A stretch of DNA of 64,000 bases. Source: Patescibacteria group bacterium. Its GTDB lineage: Bacteria; Patescibacteriota; Patescibacteriia; Patescibacteriales; UBA12075. Below the pieces are notes generated by a model, which did no database searches, was not told the origin of the DNA, and saw nothing but the letters and a program-made list of their open reading frames with translations. This document shows, piece after piece, positions 20,239 to 30,276 of the stretch. Location: NCBI GenBank assembly GCA_018897195.1, contig JAHILH010000001.1, forward strand, positions 412,565 through 476,564. Reading direction: 5' to 3'. Made by a program: the position numbers and the translations under genes. How positions within the stretch are numbered: position 1 is the first letter of the stretch; each line of letters starts with the position of its first letter.

Positions 20239-21261
20239 TTATTTCGTAAATCCTTCTCCCTTGAATTTGGAAAAAATATTATTATCAACAATATTAATAT
20301 CGGGCACGATTTCTATTTTATCAATTCCAGTCACCTGACCGGGAAATATTATACTAACATCTTTTTCAAGCCCTGAATAAAAATCTTCCAGCACATAACG
20401 ATAAACACTTACAACACGACTATTAGTCGATAGTAATATTACAAAACTAGCTTCTGCGTAATTAAAGCTAGTATTATTTTTTACCTTAAAATTAACTGAA
20501 TTTAAATCAACCTTTTCGCTTAAGGCGTTTTCGCTAGCCAGGGAAATATCAGTATCTGTGATAATAATTCCGTCTAAACGATCACCTCTGTAATCGTTCC
20601 AATTGCCATACTTATGAGGATCAATTCTGTGCCAATGCAGGGCGGTTATTTTGAAACTGACTTCGCTCGGTCGCCAATCAAGCTCCCTACCAAGTGCTAA
20701 AACATATTTACTCGCGCCTGGTAAAATTGTCGCCTTATTGTTCTCAATAACCTTCTCGCCACCAGTAAGAGCATATTCAATCTCAACCCAATGATTAGGA
20801 TTAGGATTTTTTACCTCTGTTAAAAAATCATATCTCCCAGGCAAAAATTCAAAAATCTGCACATTGTCGATTGCTAAGTTTTTTGGACTAGATTCTGTAA
20901 AATAATTATGACTTGGAAAAAAATTCTGCGTAAGCCTATTAAGCATGGCGGAGTCCTGTTTCATACCAAAAACAAAATAAGTGCCAAAGGCTGATAAGAA
21001 AAAACCCCAAAGCACAATTCCCAAAACACCAAGAAAAACATTTCTCACTAGAATAAAATTCCGTTTATTTTTGATAAGCCAAAAACCAGTATCTAACGAC
21101 TTTACAGTAATACCCTCTTGGTCTTTGTATCTTTCTAAGTCAATAGCCTGTTCAATTTCTACTTTTTCAACCTCTTTATTCCCGGTATCTTTTTTGACAA
21201 CCTTTTTCACTGCCAATTCTTCAGGAGTGAAATGGTCGTGTTTATTTTTGAGTAAATCCAT
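20239..21261 (-). CDS. Single-TM hypothetical protein with beta-rich external domains
   Basis: 340-aa ORF tightly spaced between rnhA and rodA. Confidence 0.7.
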   Translation of the reverse strand: MDLLKNKHDHFTPEELAVKKVVKKDTGNKEVEKVEIEQAIDLERYKDQEGITVKSLDTGFWLIKNKRNFILVRNVFLGVLGIVLWGFFLSAFGTYFVFGMKQDSAMLNRLTQNFFPSHNYFTESSPKNLAIDNVQIFEFLPGRYDFLTEVKNPNPNHWVEIEYALTGGEKVIENNKATILPGASKYVLALGRELDWRPSEVSFKITALHWHRIDPHKYGNWNDYRGDRLDGIIITDTDISLASENALSEKVDLNSVNFKVKNNTSFNYAEASFVILLSTNSRVVSVYRYVLEDFYSGLEKDVSIIFPGQVTGIDKIEIVPDINIVDNNIFSKFKGEGFTK

Positions 21262-21314
21262 GATAATGAAAATTAATTTACTTTATTATACCACATTTAA
21301 TAAACTAAACAAAA

Positions 21315-21719
21315 TTAGCAACCCTTGTCCATCGCCAAATTCGCCAAAGCATCGGCTTCAGTGTTAAGCTCTCGACGAATGTGAGTATAAGTAATTTTTT
21401 TAAAATTAAGAGTCAGATTATGAACCTTAACAAACAACGAGGCCAAATCAGCATTTTTTACTTTGTATTCGAGTTTTAACTGCTTAACAACTAATTCGCT
21501 ATCCAAAAAACAATCTAATTCCACAGCCCCCAGCTCCTTTGCCCTTTCCAGGCCAGCCAAGATTGCCCGATATTCCGCTTGGTTATTGGTACCATTACCA
21601 ATAAACTCCGAAACCTCAGCAATGGTTTCGTTGTTTTCATTTTTGAGCACTGCTCCGATGCCGGATGGGCCAGGATTTCCTCTTGCCCCACCGTCGGAAT
21701 AAATTCTTAGTTTTGTCAT
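21315..21719 (-). CDS. rnhA: Ribonuclease HI
   Basis: SDGGARGNPG, TNNQAEY, DSELVV and NTEADALAN motifs. Confidence 0.95.
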   Translation of the reverse strand: MTKLRIYSDGGARGNPGPSGIGAVLKNENNETIAEVSEFIGNGTNNQAEYRAILAGLERAKELGAVELDCFLDSELVVKQLKLEYKVKNADLASLFVKVHNLTLNFKKITYTHIRRELNTEADALANLAMDKGC

Positions 21720-21720
21720 A

Positions 21721-23445
21721 TTATTTTATATCAACAATTATCATTTGAATTTCGGTCCGACCGTTAAACTCATTTAAATTAATATTGTAGACCAAGTCGA
21801 TAATTTGACCAGGGTTTAAGTCTTCCCATTTTTTACTCTGACCAAAGCCCAGTGCATTAATCACATTGGAGTCCTGTTGCTTTAATTTAAATTTCACGTG
21901 TTGATTATCTGAGCCCATGAACATTTTATCAATAATCACCGCCTGCATCGTGCTGAATTTCGGTCGGTCATTGCCCTGTCCAAACGGTTCAAAGCGGGCA
22001 ATATCACTAATTAAGGTTTCGTTGATTTCGGTAATTTTTAGATCCGCTTCAATCTTGATACTAGGCGCCAACTCAACATCCTTCAAGAATTCATTAGTAT
22101 TTGCAATCATTGTTTGTTTAAACTCATCAATCTTTTTGTCAGACAAACTTAAGCCACAGGCCATGGGATGACCACCAAATTTTTCTAACAATTCACTCAC
22201 ACCAGCAATCGCTTCAATCAAATTAAATTCCTCAATGCTACGGCCAGAACCTTTATAACCATCTTCCACTTTGGTAATTACCAATGTCGGTTTATAATAT
22301 TTTTCACAAATGCGACCGGCCACAAGACCAATAACGCCCTCATTCCAAATTTCACTTTGTTTTTCTTTATCCAAATCAAAAATCCCAATCAAAATTTTAT
22401 CCTTACTGTCCTTAACTTGATCATCCACCTGATTAAAAATCGCTACCGTTGCCTCCTGTCTTTGAATATTGCGATCGTTTAACTCTGTCGCTAATTCCAA
22501 TGCCCTGCCCTCATCCTTAGTAATCATCAAATCAAAAGCCGTGTTCGCATGATCCATCCGACCAGCAGCATTAATCCGCGGCGCAATTTGAAAACCAATA
22601 TTCCAAGAAGAAACTTTTTTATCATCAATCTTTGACGCTTTTAACAATTCCTTCAAACCAATTCGGCGCGAATCCTGCAACGACTTCAAACCTTCACGGA
22701 CTAAAATCCGATTCTCACCCAACAAAGGGACACAATCGGCCACCGTCCCAACGGCCACAAGGTCTAACATCCGCTTCTCAATCATCATTTTCATCTCATC
22801 ATTTAATTTTGCCTTACTCAAGATAGCCGTTGCCAATTTGAAAGCCACGCCCACGCCCGCCAAGAATTTGTAGGGATAGTTTTCTGTCGGCATCGAAGGA
22901 TTGATAATCAAACAGTTTGGCCAATCCTCGCGATTCTCTGGTGGCATGTGATGATCAGTAATAATTACCTCGATCCCCTGACTAAACGCATACGCCACTT
23001 CCTCCTTACTACGAATACCAGAGTCAACGGTAATCACTAACTTCGCTTTTTCGCCAGAAATAAAATCAATCGCTTGCTTATTGACGCCGTAACCCTCTTT
23101 AACGCGGTCTGGAATATAAACACTAACATCAGCCTTGAGCATTAGTAAAAAATCATATAACAAAGACGATGAAGTCACGCCATCAGCATCATAGTCACCG
23201 TAAATAAAAATCTTGTTACCAGCCTTGATGTGACCAATTACAATCTCGGTCGCCTTTTCCATATCATTAAAAAGAAATGGATCATTGGCGTCGGTATCAT
23301 AAGTAGCCTTTAATAAACTTTCAATATCGGCCTTTTTTGTAAAGCCGCGATTAAAGAGCAGTTGCAAGATAACCCTGCTATAATCAGGATTATCATTAAT
23401 AAAATCCTGACTAATCTCCGGCATTAAACGCCATTTTTTTTGCAT
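21721..23445 (-). CDS. recJ: Single-stranded DNA exonuclease RecJ
   Basis: GDYDADG, TVDSG, TDHH, GTVAD, PRINAAGR and GGHPMACG motifs. Confidence 0.97.
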   Translation of the reverse strand: MQKKWRLMPEISQDFINDNPDYSRVILQLLFNRGFTKKADIESLLKATYDTDANDPFLFNDMEKATEIVIGHIKAGNKIFIYGDYDADGVTSSSLLYDFLLMLKADVSVYIPDRVKEGYGVNKQAIDFISGEKAKLVITVDSGIRSKEEVAYAFSQGIEVIITDHHMPPENREDWPNCLIINPSMPTENYPYKFLAGVGVAFKLATAILSKAKLNDEMKMMIEKRMLDLVAVGTVADCVPLLGENRILVREGLKSLQDSRRIGLKELLKASKIDDKKVSSWNIGFQIAPRINAAGRMDHANTAFDLMITKDEGRALELATELNDRNIQRQEATVAIFNQVDDQVKDSKDKILIGIFDLDKEKQSEIWNEGVIGLVAGRICEKYYKPTLVITKVEDGYKGSGRSIEEFNLIEAIAGVSELLEKFGGHPMACGLSLSDKKIDEFKQTMIANTNEFLKDVELAPSIKIEADLKITEINETLISDIARFEPFGQGNDRPKFSTMQAVIIDKMFMGSDNQHVKFKLKQQDSNVINALGFGQSKKWEDLNPGQIIDLVYNINLNEFNGRTEIQMIIVDIK

Positions 23446-23448
23446 AGG

Positions 23449-23553
23449 TTATTTCATGAAAGCCATACCAATAAAGGAAAACAGCATGGAAAAAATCATA
23501 ATGACTGCAAAGATTGCCAAAACTGTTTTAATTATTTTTTTTCTTCGTTTCAT
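23449..23553 (-). CDS. 34-aa single-TM small protein (not in ORF track)
   Basis: MKRRKKIIKTVLAIFAVIMIFSMLFSFIGMAFMK; basic N-terminus plus hydrophobic helix; stop is 3 nt before the recJ start. Confidence 0.65.
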   Translation of the reverse strand: MKRRKKIIKTVLAIFAVIMIFSMLFSFIGMAFMK

Positions 23554-23582
23554 ATGTTATGTTATTAATTAATTTATTCATT

Positions 23583-23753
23583 CGTCATCCCAGCGAAGGC
23601 TGGGATCCAGGTACCTCGTAGATAGTTTTCAATATAAGGAAAATTAAAATTTACGAAGCATTATTTATTATCAATATTTATATCAAGATTAGTCTCCATA
23701 ATCATGTATCCATTATCTGTGGCGCCTGGATTCCCATTTTCATGGGAATGACG
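23583..23753. repeat. 171-bp REPIN/MITE-like element (family A, copy 2)
   Basis: Same length and shared core as 14741-14911; terminal hairpins carry compensatory changes. Confidence 0.9.
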
Positions 23754-23761
23754 CGGAAATT

Positions 23762-25546
23762 TTATTTCCGCAAAATCTTAATAAAGGTATCACTCGGAAT
23801 CTCCACGCTACCCTTACCCATTGCCATCATCTTCTTCTTGCCTTTCTTTTGCTTCTCTAATACTTTACGCTTACGACTCGCGTCACCACCATAAAGACCA
23901 GCTGTTACATCCTTGCGCATCGCTGATAAACGATCACCAGCCACCACGTGACCACCGATGGCAGCTTGCAATTTAATCACAAACATTTGGCGCGGAATGG
24001 TTTCCTTTAAAGTTTCAATAATTTCTTTACCGCGTCGGTTCGCCTCATTGGTATAAACAATCATTGATAAAGACTCAACCACTTCCTCGGCCACCATAAT
24101 ATCCATTTTAACCACGTCCGCTTCTTGGTAGCGAGAATATTCATAATTAATCGACGCATAGCCAGCGCTGATACTTTTTATCTTATCATAAAAATCCGTC
24201 AAAATCGTACTCATCGGAATTTCATAATGAATCACTGCTCTCGTTTCATCAATATATTCGGTCGTCTTGTAAACACCGCGACGCTCTTGCGCCAAAGACA
24301 TAATGCCGCCAATATACTCCTTGGGTGTAATAATATCCAAATTTACCCACGGCTCTTCAATCTTTTCAATTACCTCGCGCGCGGGAAACTGTTGCGGTGT
24401 GCGAATAATGCTACTCTCGCCATTTTTGCGATAAATTTTATAAGCCACACTCGGGACAGTCACAATCAGTTCCAAATTATATTCTCGACGCAAACGTTCT
24501 TGAAATATTTCCAAATGCAAAATTCCCAAAAAACCACAACGATAACCAATGCCTAGAGCATCAGATTGTTCTGGCTCATAAACCAGAGCTGAGTCATTTA
24601 ATTTCAATTTATCAATCGCATCACGCAAAGCCTCAAACTCATTACCCTCTTGTGGAAAAATACCAGCAAAAACCATCGGCTTCACTTCAGTATAACCTTT
24701 TAGAGGCTCCATATCTTTCGCATCTTTAACCAAAGTAATCGTATCACCCACTCGACATTCATTCACACTCTTAAAGCCTGTCACAATATAACCAATCTTG
24801 CCCGGTTCCAAATGCGCTGTCGAAAAATAATCCGGCTTCAAAACCCCAACATCAATAACCTCACTCTCAGCCCGTGTCGCCAATAATTTTATCTTATCCT
24901 TTTTACTTACAGTGCCGTCGATAATACGCACATAAGCAACCACGCCCTTAAATTCATCGTAATTAGAATCAAAAATCAAAGCGCGCAACTTGCCGTCATC
25001 AATTAATTTTTTCGGTGGTGCCACTTTTTCGATCACAGCTTGCAAAACCTCAGCCACGCCTTCGCCCGTCTTTCCGGAAGCATAAATAATATCTTCTTCA
25101 TCACAACCCAATAAATTCATAATCTCATTCTTGGTTTTTTCTTTATCAGCGGCTGGCAAATCAATCTTATTCGCCACGGGAATAATCGTTAAGTTCTGAT
25201 CCAGCGCTAAATAAAGATTGGCCAAAGTCTGCGCCTGAATTCCTTGCGTCGCATCCACAAGTAAAATCGCCCCTTCTACGGCAGCCAAACTTCGTGAAAC
25301 TTCATAAGTGAAATCCACATGCCCGGGAGTATCAATTAAATTCAAAGTATAACCCTGATAGTCCATGGTTACTGGTTGCAACTTAATCGTTATTCCTCGC
25401 TCGCGTTCAATGTCCATTCGATCCAATAATTGAGCCTTCATCTTTCGTTTCTCAACCGTATTGGTAACCTCTAACATTCGGTCAGAAAGTGTCGATTTTC
25501 CATGATCAATATGAGCAATAATACAAAAATTTCTGATTTTATCCAT
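23762..25546 (-). CDS. lepA: Elongation factor 4 LepA
   Basis: IRNFCIIAHIDHGKSTL, ERERGITIK, DTPGHVDF and CGFLGILH motifs. Confidence 0.98.
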   Translation of the reverse strand: MDKIRNFCIIAHIDHGKSTLSDRMLEVTNTVEKRKMKAQLLDRMDIERERGITIKLQPVTMDYQGYTLNLIDTPGHVDFTYEVSRSLAAVEGAILLVDATQGIQAQTLANLYLALDQNLTIIPVANKIDLPAADKEKTKNEIMNLLGCDEEDIIYASGKTGEGVAEVLQAVIEKVAPPKKLIDDGKLRALIFDSNYDEFKGVVAYVRIIDGTVSKKDKIKLLATRAESEVIDVGVLKPDYFSTAHLEPGKIGYIVTGFKSVNECRVGDTITLVKDAKDMEPLKGYTEVKPMVFAGIFPQEGNEFEALRDAIDKLKLNDSALVYEPEQSDALGIGYRCGFLGILHLEIFQERLRREYNLELIVTVPSVAYKIYRKNGESSIIRTPQQFPAREVIEKIEEPWVNLDIITPKEYIGGIMSLAQERRGVYKTTEYIDETRAVIHYEIPMSTILTDFYDKIKSISAGYASINYEYSRYQEADVVKMDIMVAEEVVESLSMIVYTNEANRRGKEIIETLKETIPRQMFVIKLQAAIGGHVVAGDRLSAMRKDVTAGLYGGDASRKRKVLEKQKKGKKKMMAMGKGSVEIPSDTFIKILRK

Positions 25547-25719
25547 ATATATAATACTGTAATAAATACTAAACAAAGGCGAGATATAATAATCTTCGCC
25601 CCTTTCTCAGTTTCTGCATTTATCTTAACTATTTTTTAACTTTTAGTCAAATTAAGCTTGATTTATTAAATAAATACTGCTAAAATAAAAATAATTTTTA
25701 AAAATCATTTAATACAAAA

Positions 25720-25752
25720 CCCGCCTACGTTAGAACTACGGCGCGGTAAGGC
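25720..25752. repeat. Short GC-rich hairpin repeat (family C, copy 1)
   Basis: CCCGCCTACGTTAGAACTACGGCGCGGTAAGGC; 25/33 identical to 61915-61947. Confidence 0.6.
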
Positions 25753-25757
25753 AAAAT

Positions 25758-27641
25758 ATGAAAGCTAATGAATTACGCCAGAAATATTTGGACTTTTTTA
25801 AGTCTAAGGGGCACACTATTATTCCAAGTGAATCTTTGATTCCGCAAAACGATCCAACTACCCTCTTTACCAGCTCGGGCATGCAACCGCTAGTTCCCTA
25901 TCTTATGGGTGAAAAACATCCAATGGGCACTAAATTAACCAATTCCCAAAAATCATTCCGCTCCGAAGATATCGAAGAAGTTGGCGACAACCGCCATAAT
26001 ACTTTTTTTGAAATGCTTGGTAACTGGTCTTTGGGTGATTATTTTAAACAAGAACAAATCCCCTGGATGTTTGAATTCCTAATTGATGTTGTTGGACTAG
26101 ATCCAGCCCGACTCTATACTACTGTATATAGAGGCAACGAAGAAATTGGCATTGAACGCGACATGGAGTCAGTCAATCTTTGGAAAAAGCTTTTCAAAGA
26201 TAAAGGCATTGAAGCGATTGATATTGATTTTGCGGAAGACAAAGGCATGCAAGGTGGCAGAATTTTTTATTACGGCGATAAGAAAAATTGGTGGTCACGC
26301 TCTGGTATTCCAGCCAAGATGCCCATCGGAGAAATTGGCGGACCAGACAGTGAAATGTTTTACGACCTCGGCGCTGATTTAAAAAAACACGAAAATTCAC
26401 AATGGAAAGACGAACCTTGCCACGTTAATTGCGACTGTGGTCGCTTTATTGAAATTGGCAACAACGTCTTCATGGAATTTCGCAAAACCGAAAATGGTTT
26501 TGAAAAATTACCGCAGAGAAATGTCGATTTTGGTGGCGGATTAGAAAGAATCCTAATGGCGGCTGAGGGCAAGGATAATATTTTTGAAACTGATTTATTT
26601 GTCAATATCTTAAACAAATTAACCGAACTCACCAACGGCAAAACCTACAAAGAAAACATGCACGCTTTTGAGGTTATTTCCGACCACTTAAAAGCAGCGA
26701 CCTTTATCATGGGTGACAACAAAGGCATTGCCCCAGCAAACACTGATCAGGGGTACATTGTACGTCGTTTAATCAGAAGGGCCATTCGTTATGGTATGCA
26801 AATTGGCATCAATAAAAATGATTGGGCAAAAGAAATTGCGCAAATAGTAATCAGTGATTATGGTGATACTTTTATTGAACTTGAAAGAAATAAGAATTTT
26901 ATTCTTGCCGAAATGTCTAAGGAAGAAGAAAAGTTTAGCAAAACCTTGGAGAATGGTTTAAAAGAATTCAAAAAATGGACAATGACAACAAGTAGTGCAA
27001 TCGGAATCATACCAGGAAAGGTAGCCTTTGATCTTTTTACAACTTATGGCTTTCCGATTGAGATGACCGTGGAAATGGCTAAAGAACTACATAAGCAGGT
27101 CGATTTAATTAGCTTTGAAGAAGAATTAAAAAAACACCAAGACTTATCCCGTACAGCCAGTGCCGGCATGTTCAAGGGCGGACTCGCAGACCAAGGTGAA
27201 GAAACCAAAAAACTCCACACTGCCGCTCACCTACTTTTAGCCGCGCTTAGAAAAGTCCTTGGCAACCATGTCGTCCAGCGCGGTAGTAATATTACGGCAG
27301 AACGCTTACGCTTTGATTTCTCGCATCCCGACAAAATGACGGACGAACAAAAACAAGCCGTCGAAAAACTAGTCAATGAAGCCATTGAAGCTACGTTGCC
27401 AGTCAGCGTCGAAGAAATAACCTTAGATGATGCCAAGGCCAAAGGCGCCATGGGAGTCTTCGAATCCAAATACGGCGAAATGGTCAAAGTCTACGCTGTC
27501 GGCGAAGGCACGGATCGATTCTCTTACGAAATCTGTGGAGGTCCACATATAAATAATACTTCAGAATTAGGCAAGTTTAAGATTCAAAAAGAAGAAAGTT
27601 CATCTTCGGGAGTTAGAAGAATTAAGGCAATACTAAGCTAA
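25758..27641 (+). CDS. alaS: Alanine-tRNA ligase, short form lacking the C-Ala domain
   Basis: FTSSGMQ, HNTFFEMLGNWS, HTAAHLL, EICGGPH and GVRRIKA at the very C-terminus. Confidence 0.97.
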   Translation: MKANELRQKYLDFFKSKGHTIIPSESLIPQNDPTTLFTSSGMQPLVPYLMGEKHPMGTKLTNSQKSFRSEDIEEVGDNRHNTFFEMLGNWSLGDYFKQEQIPWMFEFLIDVVGLDPARLYTTVYRGNEEIGIERDMESVNLWKKLFKDKGIEAIDIDFAEDKGMQGGRIFYYGDKKNWWSRSGIPAKMPIGEIGGPDSEMFYDLGADLKKHENSQWKDEPCHVNCDCGRFIEIGNNVFMEFRKTENGFEKLPQRNVDFGGGLERILMAAEGKDNIFETDLFVNILNKLTELTNGKTYKENMHAFEVISDHLKAATFIMGDNKGIAPANTDQGYIVRRLIRRAIRYGMQIGINKNDWAKEIAQIVISDYGDTFIELERNKNFILAEMSKEEEKFSKTLENGLKEFKKWTMTTSSAIGIIPGKVAFDLFTTYGFPIEMTVEMAKELHKQVDLISFEEELKKHQDLSRTASAGMFKGGLADQGEETKKLHTAAHLLLAALRKVLGNHVVQRGSNITAERLRFDFSHPDKMTDEQKQAVEKLVNEAIEATLPVSVEEITLDDAKAKGAMGVFESKYGEMVKVYAVGEGTDRFSYEICGGPHINNTSELGKFKIQKEESSSSGVRRIKAILS

Positions 27642-27653
27642 ACATCAATTAAA

Positions 27654-27851
27654 GCTCCCTCTCCTTGCCAGGAGAGGGTTAACGCAATCCTCGTCCGACA
27701 AATAATAAAGGGGACGAGGTGAGGTAGTTATTATCAAATCTTCAATATAAAAAAACTCGATTCAAGAACGAATCGAGTTTTTTGTATTCCATATTTTAAA
27801 TTTTCTTCGGACCACCCCTCACCCCGACCCTCTCCCGCCGGGGCGAGGGAG
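27654..27851. repeat. Inverted pair of CCCTCTCC palindromes (family B, copy 2) enclosing a terminator
   Basis: GCTCCCTCTCCTTGCCAGGAGAGGG ... CCCTCACCCCGACCCTCTCCCGCCGGGGCGAGGGAG. Confidence 0.85.
27751..27783. terminator. Bidirectional terminator between alaS and cysS
   Basis: AAAAACTCGATTC / GAATCGAGTTTTT. Confidence 0.8.
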
Positions 27852-27870
27852 AATATATAGCATCCTTTTC

Positions 27871-29265
27871 CTATATTTTCATAACCCGCATTTCCTCACC
27901 ACTATCCTCCACTCCAAATCCCATCTTATTAATCTCATCGCGCAATCGATCCGACTCAGTCCAATCTTTCGCCACGCGCGCAATTTTTCTTTTTTCCACC
28001 AAAGCAATCACCTCCTGTGGCAAGGGTTTTTCTTTTTGCTTATCCAAATCCAAGCCAAGCACCTTGTCAAAATCCAAGATCGTCGCCAACTTATCAACCT
28101 TACTCAATTCCGATTTCAAAACTTCCTGCACTACCGCTAAGGCCTGAGGTGTATTCAAATCGTCATTAACTGCTTCTGAAAATTTATCCTTAAATTTCAT
28201 ATTCACAATGCCAGTTTCTAAATCTTCAACCTTAAACATCAAAGTCCGAACTTTATTCACTAAATTCATCAAACCATTATCGGCATTCTTCATTGCCTCC
28301 TCACTATATTCCATTGGCTTGCGATAATGTGTTTGCAAGGCCGCAAAACGATAAACCAAGGGATTAATATCTTTTTTAATTAAAGCATTTTCCAAAGTTA
28401 AAAAATTATCATCACTCTTCGCCATTTTCTTGCCACCAGCAATATTTAAAAAAGCATTATGTAGCCAATAGTTAAAGAACGGTTTACCCGTTGCTGCCTC
28501 AGATTGAGCAATTTCATTGGTATGATGCACATTAATATGGTCAAAACCACCGCAATGAATATCTTGATTATCTGGCAATTCAGCCATACTCATCGCCGAG
28601 CACTCTAAATGCCAACCCGGAAAGCCAACACCCCACGGACTCTCCCATTCCATTTGCCGCTTCTCATCCTTAGAAGAAAACTTCCATAGCGCAAAATCAG
28701 TCGAATTTTTCTTTTCCTCATTAATCTCCACTCGCGCGCCTTCACGCAAAGTTTCTAAGTCCAAATGTGACAGCTTATTATAATCGGGAAATTTAGCAGT
28801 ATCAAAATAAATCCCATCACTAATCTTATAAGTAAAACCTTTTTCTTCAAGTATTTTTAATAAATCAATCTGCTCTTGGATATAATCAGTCGCCTTGGTA
28901 AAAATGCTTGGTTCCAAAATATTCATAAGCATCAAATCTTTCTTAAAAGCCGCCGTATAAAACTCCGCAATCTCCCAGGCTGTTTTACCCTCGCGCTGCG
29001 CCCCTTTTTCCAATTTATCTTGCCCTGTGTCACCATCACCAACCAAATGCCCCACATCAGTAATATTCATCACGTGTCGCACTTGATAGCCATTATACAA
29101 CAAAACCCTCTTTAGGATATCCTCAAAGAGGTACGAGCGTAAATTGCCAAGATGGGCATAATTATAAACCGTCGGTCCGCAAGTATACAGCCCTACCACA
29201 TCAGCCATAGCCTTAAATTCCTCCTTTTTCCTGGTTAAAGTATTTTGTAAATAGATTTTTTTCAT
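27871..29265 (-). CDS. cysS: Cysteine-tRNA ligase
   Basis: YTCGPTVY, HLGN, DFALWK, PGWHLECS and KMAKS motifs. Confidence 0.98.
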   Translation of the reverse strand: MKKIYLQNTLTRKKEEFKAMADVVGLYTCGPTVYNYAHLGNLRSYLFEDILKRVLLYNGYQVRHVMNITDVGHLVGDGDTGQDKLEKGAQREGKTAWEIAEFYTAAFKKDLMLMNILEPSIFTKATDYIQEQIDLLKILEEKGFTYKISDGIYFDTAKFPDYNKLSHLDLETLREGARVEINEEKKNSTDFALWKFSSKDEKRQMEWESPWGVGFPGWHLECSAMSMAELPDNQDIHCGGFDHINVHHTNEIAQSEAATGKPFFNYWLHNAFLNIAGGKKMAKSDDNFLTLENALIKKDINPLVYRFAALQTHYRKPMEYSEEAMKNADNGLMNLVNKVRTLMFKVEDLETGIVNMKFKDKFSEAVNDDLNTPQALAVVQEVLKSELSKVDKLATILDFDKVLGLDLDKQKEKPLPQEVIALVEKRKIARVAKDWTESDRLRDEINKMGFGVEDSGEEMRVMKI

Positions 29266-29361
29266 AAGTTAATTCTATAATATTATTTAATTTTAAGCAA
29301 GAAAAAATAGCCACTTTTTTTCCAGGGCTATTTTTTTAAAATCAATAATCAAAGTAAATAT

Positions 29362-30246
29362 TTACGCATTTTTAATTTTATCCATCAATCCATTTAACTC
29401 CTCATCGCTATAAAAATGAACAACGATCTGTCCACCCTTGCCGCTTCTCTTAATTTCCGCCTTAGCGCTAAAGAATTCTCTAATTGCAAATTCTTTGTCT
29501 TTGTCTAAATAATTAATCTTAACTCTGGCTTGCTTAGTGCCACCCATCTTGCGCACCTCGGTACTAGTATCGCCAACAGTTAATCCAGTGTGTAAAATTT
29601 GGCGAAATAATTTCATTTGCTTAACCTCGCCTTCGATACCAATAATGTATTTCGCATGACCTTCTGTGATTTTACCATCAATCAAGGCTAATTTTATTTC
29701 TTCCGGCAAATTCAAAAAACGTAAAGTATTGGCCACTACCGGTCTGGATTTACCGACTTTCTTAGCCACATCTTCTTGTGTCAACTTAAACTCATCAATC
29801 AGACGACGATAAGACATCGCGCAATCGATTGGATTCAAGTCTTCTCTTTGAATATTTTCAATCAAGGCTAATTCTAGTTTGTCCTGGTCAGCCACATCCT
29901 TGATAACCACGGGCACCTCCTTGAGACCGGCCAATTTTGAAGCACGCAAACGACGCTCACCGGCGATTAATTCATATTTACCGTTCTTCTTGGAGCCAAC
30001 AATCAAGGGTTGAATAATACCATGCTCCCTAATAGACGCTGCTAACTCATCTAGTTTGTAATCAGTGAATTTGTGTCGAGGCTGAAAAACATTGGCAATT
30101 ACCTCATCCGGACTAATCATCAGAACGCCACCATTGTAAGGAACAATCTCGTCATGCTCATCTCGAACAACTAGTGGTTGCTTCGCTGATTTTTGAGGAA
30201 TAAGAGAGCCAAGCCCTCGACCCAATCCTGAGTTTGATATTGCCAT
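29362..30246 (-). CDS. parB: Chromosome partition protein ParB/Spo0J
   Basis: GLGRGLGSL, QPR, AGERRLRA and ENIQREDLN motifs. Confidence 0.96.
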   Translation of the reverse strand: MAISNSGLGRGLGSLIPQKSAKQPLVVRDEHDEIVPYNGGVLMISPDEVIANVFQPRHKFTDYKLDELAASIREHGIIQPLIVGSKKNGKYELIAGERRLRASKLAGLKEVPVVIKDVADQDKLELALIENIQREDLNPIDCAMSYRRLIDEFKLTQEDVAKKVGKSRPVVANTLRFLNLPEEIKLALIDGKITEGHAKYIIGIEGEVKQMKLFRQILHTGLTVGDTSTEVRKMGGTKQARVKINYLDKDKEFAIREFFSAKAEIKRSGKGGQIVVHFYSDEELNGLMDKIKNA

Positions 30247-30276
30247 ATATATATTTTAAATTATTTAAATAATTAT

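Noticed and set aside
25758..27641. alaS as a truncated pseudogene
   Set aside because: Catalytic and editing domains are intact and end cleanly; short AlaRS forms are known in reduced genomes.
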